Assembly (NCBI GenBank): GCA_030704615.1
Contig: CM060732.1
Span: 80,104,001 to 80,168,000 of the forward strand
From: Takakia lepidozioides
Lineage: Eukaryota > Plantae > Bryophyta
Length of the DNA stretch: 64,000 bases
Reading direction: 5' to 3'
Part shown: positions 61,131-64,000 of the stretch, piece by piece
Position numbering within the stretch: the stretch's first letter is position 1
Layout: each line of letters opens with the position of its first letter
Program-made: the position numbers and the translations under genes
The notes under the pieces: generated by a model
Told to the model about the DNA's origin: nothing
What the model saw: only the letters and a program-made list of their open reading frames with translations
Databases searched by the model: none

Positions 61131-64000
61131 TCGCCCCCCTAGCTGGTAATTAGGTCCCTCTAACACCGGATAGCTGACAAGTATCAATCTCGATAAAATC
61201 ATCGTTTGGTCTTCAATCGCACATGTCCCAGTATCTAAAGTCAATAGATCAAGAGGCAGGGTGCAAAAGTAGCCCCATCGTTACTCGCCTTCCTGCAATC
61301 CATGATCTTCAATTAAGTATCCATGGCGTTGAGCTCCCATCAGCTAGACCTTGGATCACTTGTCAATTCCACCATTGTCATGCCCACTACCTATGTCCAA
61401 GGCATCGTGGACACAACCATTCTCCACTAGGAACCTCCTCAAGTGGCGGTGTCAAGCATCCCATGTGCCACCCCCTTGAGCATTTGTCACACACCAACAT
61501 GGTCGCGGCACCACCAGCATGCCCACATAGCATGCAACGCAACCGTGCAGGTACCACTGCAAGGTTGGGATCTATCCTCCTATCCACATGTGGAAGGTGA
61601 CATGGCGCACAATTGTGCACATGGTCCTTCCATACCATGCCATCTCGACCCTCCAGAATCAACACTCTTGAAGGCAACACCTCTCGGACCCTTAGAATCA
61701 CACGCCCTGCTGTGACATCCAAAGTCGTAGACGCTGTCTGCTGCAAATACACATAGTCCCCAGGGTGGAAACGCCAAACACCTGGCCGATATCCCCCTCC
61801 ACGTATAGTGGCGTATCTCAACGTGTCTCGGTGTTGGGCAATAGCAAGGTTCTCAAAAGCCATATGCATGACTCTCTTGAACAACTCTGCCCGCTGGGCA
61901 CATGCTTGTGTCCACACATCCGGATCATCAAGGTTGAGAACTAATGTAGTCTCTTTGCAAATAGATGCAGGCAAATTTGGCTCTCGGCCAAAGAGAAGGA
62001 AATACGGCGAGAACGAGGCAAGTGATGCTTGTTTGCTAAACCTGTAGCCCATGGCCAACCAAGGTAGCTGAACCCAATACTCCAACGATAGCCGAAACCC
62101 ATAATGGGTAAAGGATGCAATTTGTGGAGTAGGTGCATTGAAATAAGCACCATGCACCTTGCCACTAACTGTTGCACATCCGTGTGCATGCCCCGCCACC
62201 AGTACTGTCCTTGCAGCAAACTATGAGTGCGTCGCACCCCAAAATGTCCCAATTCCTCATGGGCATGGTGTACCAATGCGCTCGTTGTGTTGGATGAGGC
62301 ACAATCCTCATTCGTCCATCCTCCCATACTCGGAGTAGGTGAGTCCCCTCCCACTTGAACTTTTTGGCTCGTTGTAGGATCCGATCTCTCTCCTTAGCAG
62401 TCACACTGGCTGTTGTCTCTCCAGTACAAAGGTAGGCCAACACTGCTGCATCTTCATGTTCATCCTTAGCACCACCAAGCTCCTCACTGATCTCCGGATC
62501 GTCATGCACACCATCTACATGACCAATGTTATGGGATGGACCAGCTTGAGCTCCCATTGCTAGGATGCACAAAAAGGCAGATGCATGTCATCCTGGCACC
62601 ATCTCCTCATCCGTCTCACCATGCCACCGAGCTCCAGTATCATCATGCTCGCTCGTGCATGGATTATGACTCAATCCATCTGCATCCCGATTGACAATAC
62701 CGGCTCGATGTACCACCTGAAAGTCGTATTCTTGAAGCATAAGTGCCCACCGTGCAAGCTTCCCTGTAAGCTTGTCTGACTTCATCAACCACTTCAGTGG
62801 TTAGTGATCCGTGACAAGGGTGAAGAGATTGCCATAGAGGTAGCATCTGAGATGTGTCACTGCCCATACCGCAGCTAGACACTCCCCTTCATATGAACTA
62901 TACTTCGCCTCGGCATCATTGTTTGAGTGGCTAGCATATGCCACTACAAACTCTCTTCCCTCATCATCCATCTGTGTGAGCACTGCTCCAATCCCCAGCA
63001 TACTCCAATCCGTATGTAGTTGGAAAGGCTGCCCCCGAATAGGCCGCCTCAAAATAGGTGCAGAAGTCAATCGAGCCTTGAGTTCCTCAAAGGCTTCCTC
63101 CTGCTCCTCCTCCCACTGCCACTCCTGACCCACCTTGGTCAACTTAATAAGAGCCTTTGCAATGCTGCTAAATCCCTTGACAAACCGTCGATAGTAGTTT
63201 GCCAACCCCATGAAAGCACGAACTCTGCTAACATCTATGGAGCGTGGAATGCGTGCAATGGCCTCCACCTTCATCTTTTGAACACCCAATCCTCTAGGGT
63301 ATATCATGTGGCCCAGATACTCAATCTGGTTGTGGAAGAACTTGCACTTCCCAGGGTGCAATTTCAACCCATGCGCTCTCAAGCGCTCAAACACCACCTG
63401 AAGGTGTCTCTCATGCTCCTCAACCGTGGCACTAAAGACGATGATGTCATCAATGTAACACCGGGCAAAGTCTAGCCCCGCGAGAATCCTATCCATAACC
63501 CTCTGAAACTCTGCAGGAGCATTCTTCAACCCAAATGGTAGGAAGCGCCATCGGTACAAGCAATCTTTCCCATGTTGGTCAATTCTCCAGAATGTCGTCT
63601 TTTACTTGTCAGCCTCTTTGATTGGCAACTGGTGGTAACCGGATCGCAAGTCCAATGTGCTAAACACCTTCGCATGTCCAATGGCATCAAAGATTTCCTC
63701 TGGAGTTGGCATGGCATATCTATCGGACTTAGTCTGACGATTCACAGGACGATAGTCCCCATACATCCTTCTTTCTGTCCAATTGCCATAGATATCCTTC
63801 TTAGCTGACATCACCGTTGCCGAGGCATAATCCCCGCCTGACAACTCCACCAATCCAACTTCGAACAACTCCATAGTCCGTGACTGGATCAATGACCTCT
63901 CCATGTCACTATACCGGTAGGGCCTTCGAAAGATTGGCGTGTCATTTGTCAAATCAATACGAAACTCCTGGCCCTTCAAACTCCCCAAATCCTTCAAACC
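61045..64000 (-). mobile_element. Ty3/Gypsy element (RT, RNase H, deleted integrase, C-terminal PHD finger), runs off the window
   Basis: FSTLDLRSGYHQ, LPFGLKNAPAEFQ, CYIDDIIVF, LHTDWS, YEGECLAAVWAV and HEELGHFG motifs. PHD: CMLC...CDKCSRGWHMGCLTPPLEEVPSGEWLCPRC. Contains stops and frameshifts. Confidence 0.93.

Overview
Eukaryotic, intron-containing plant DNA, most likely a moss or other bryophyte (inferred from the PAL sequence type and the transposon complement). Apparently intact host genes: a BTB/POZ protein (plus the 3' end of a tandem paralog), a multi-exon UvrD/PcrA/Srs2-type SF1 helicase, a remorin-like gene, an intronless phenylalanine ammonia-lyase, a divergent Dof-type zinc-finger ORF, and a spliced gene joining RS-rich repeats, an SGS3-type XS domain, a coiled coil and a C-terminal C3HC4 RING. 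That last gene is the most unusual feature and has a 199-bp tandem array just upstream. Two halves of a glyoxal-oxidase pseudogene lie about 24 kb apart. The rest is rich in mobile DNA: TTAA-CCCC...GGGG-TTAA piggyBac-like elements, Copia and Gypsy remnants, a Gypsy integrase ending in a PHD finger, a long-TIR foldback element with cargo, a Helentron (PIF1 helicase plus AP endonuclease) remnant, short hairpin+(CATTT)n repeats, and local segmental duplications. All calls come from motif recognition and alignment by eye; exon and element boundaries are approximate.
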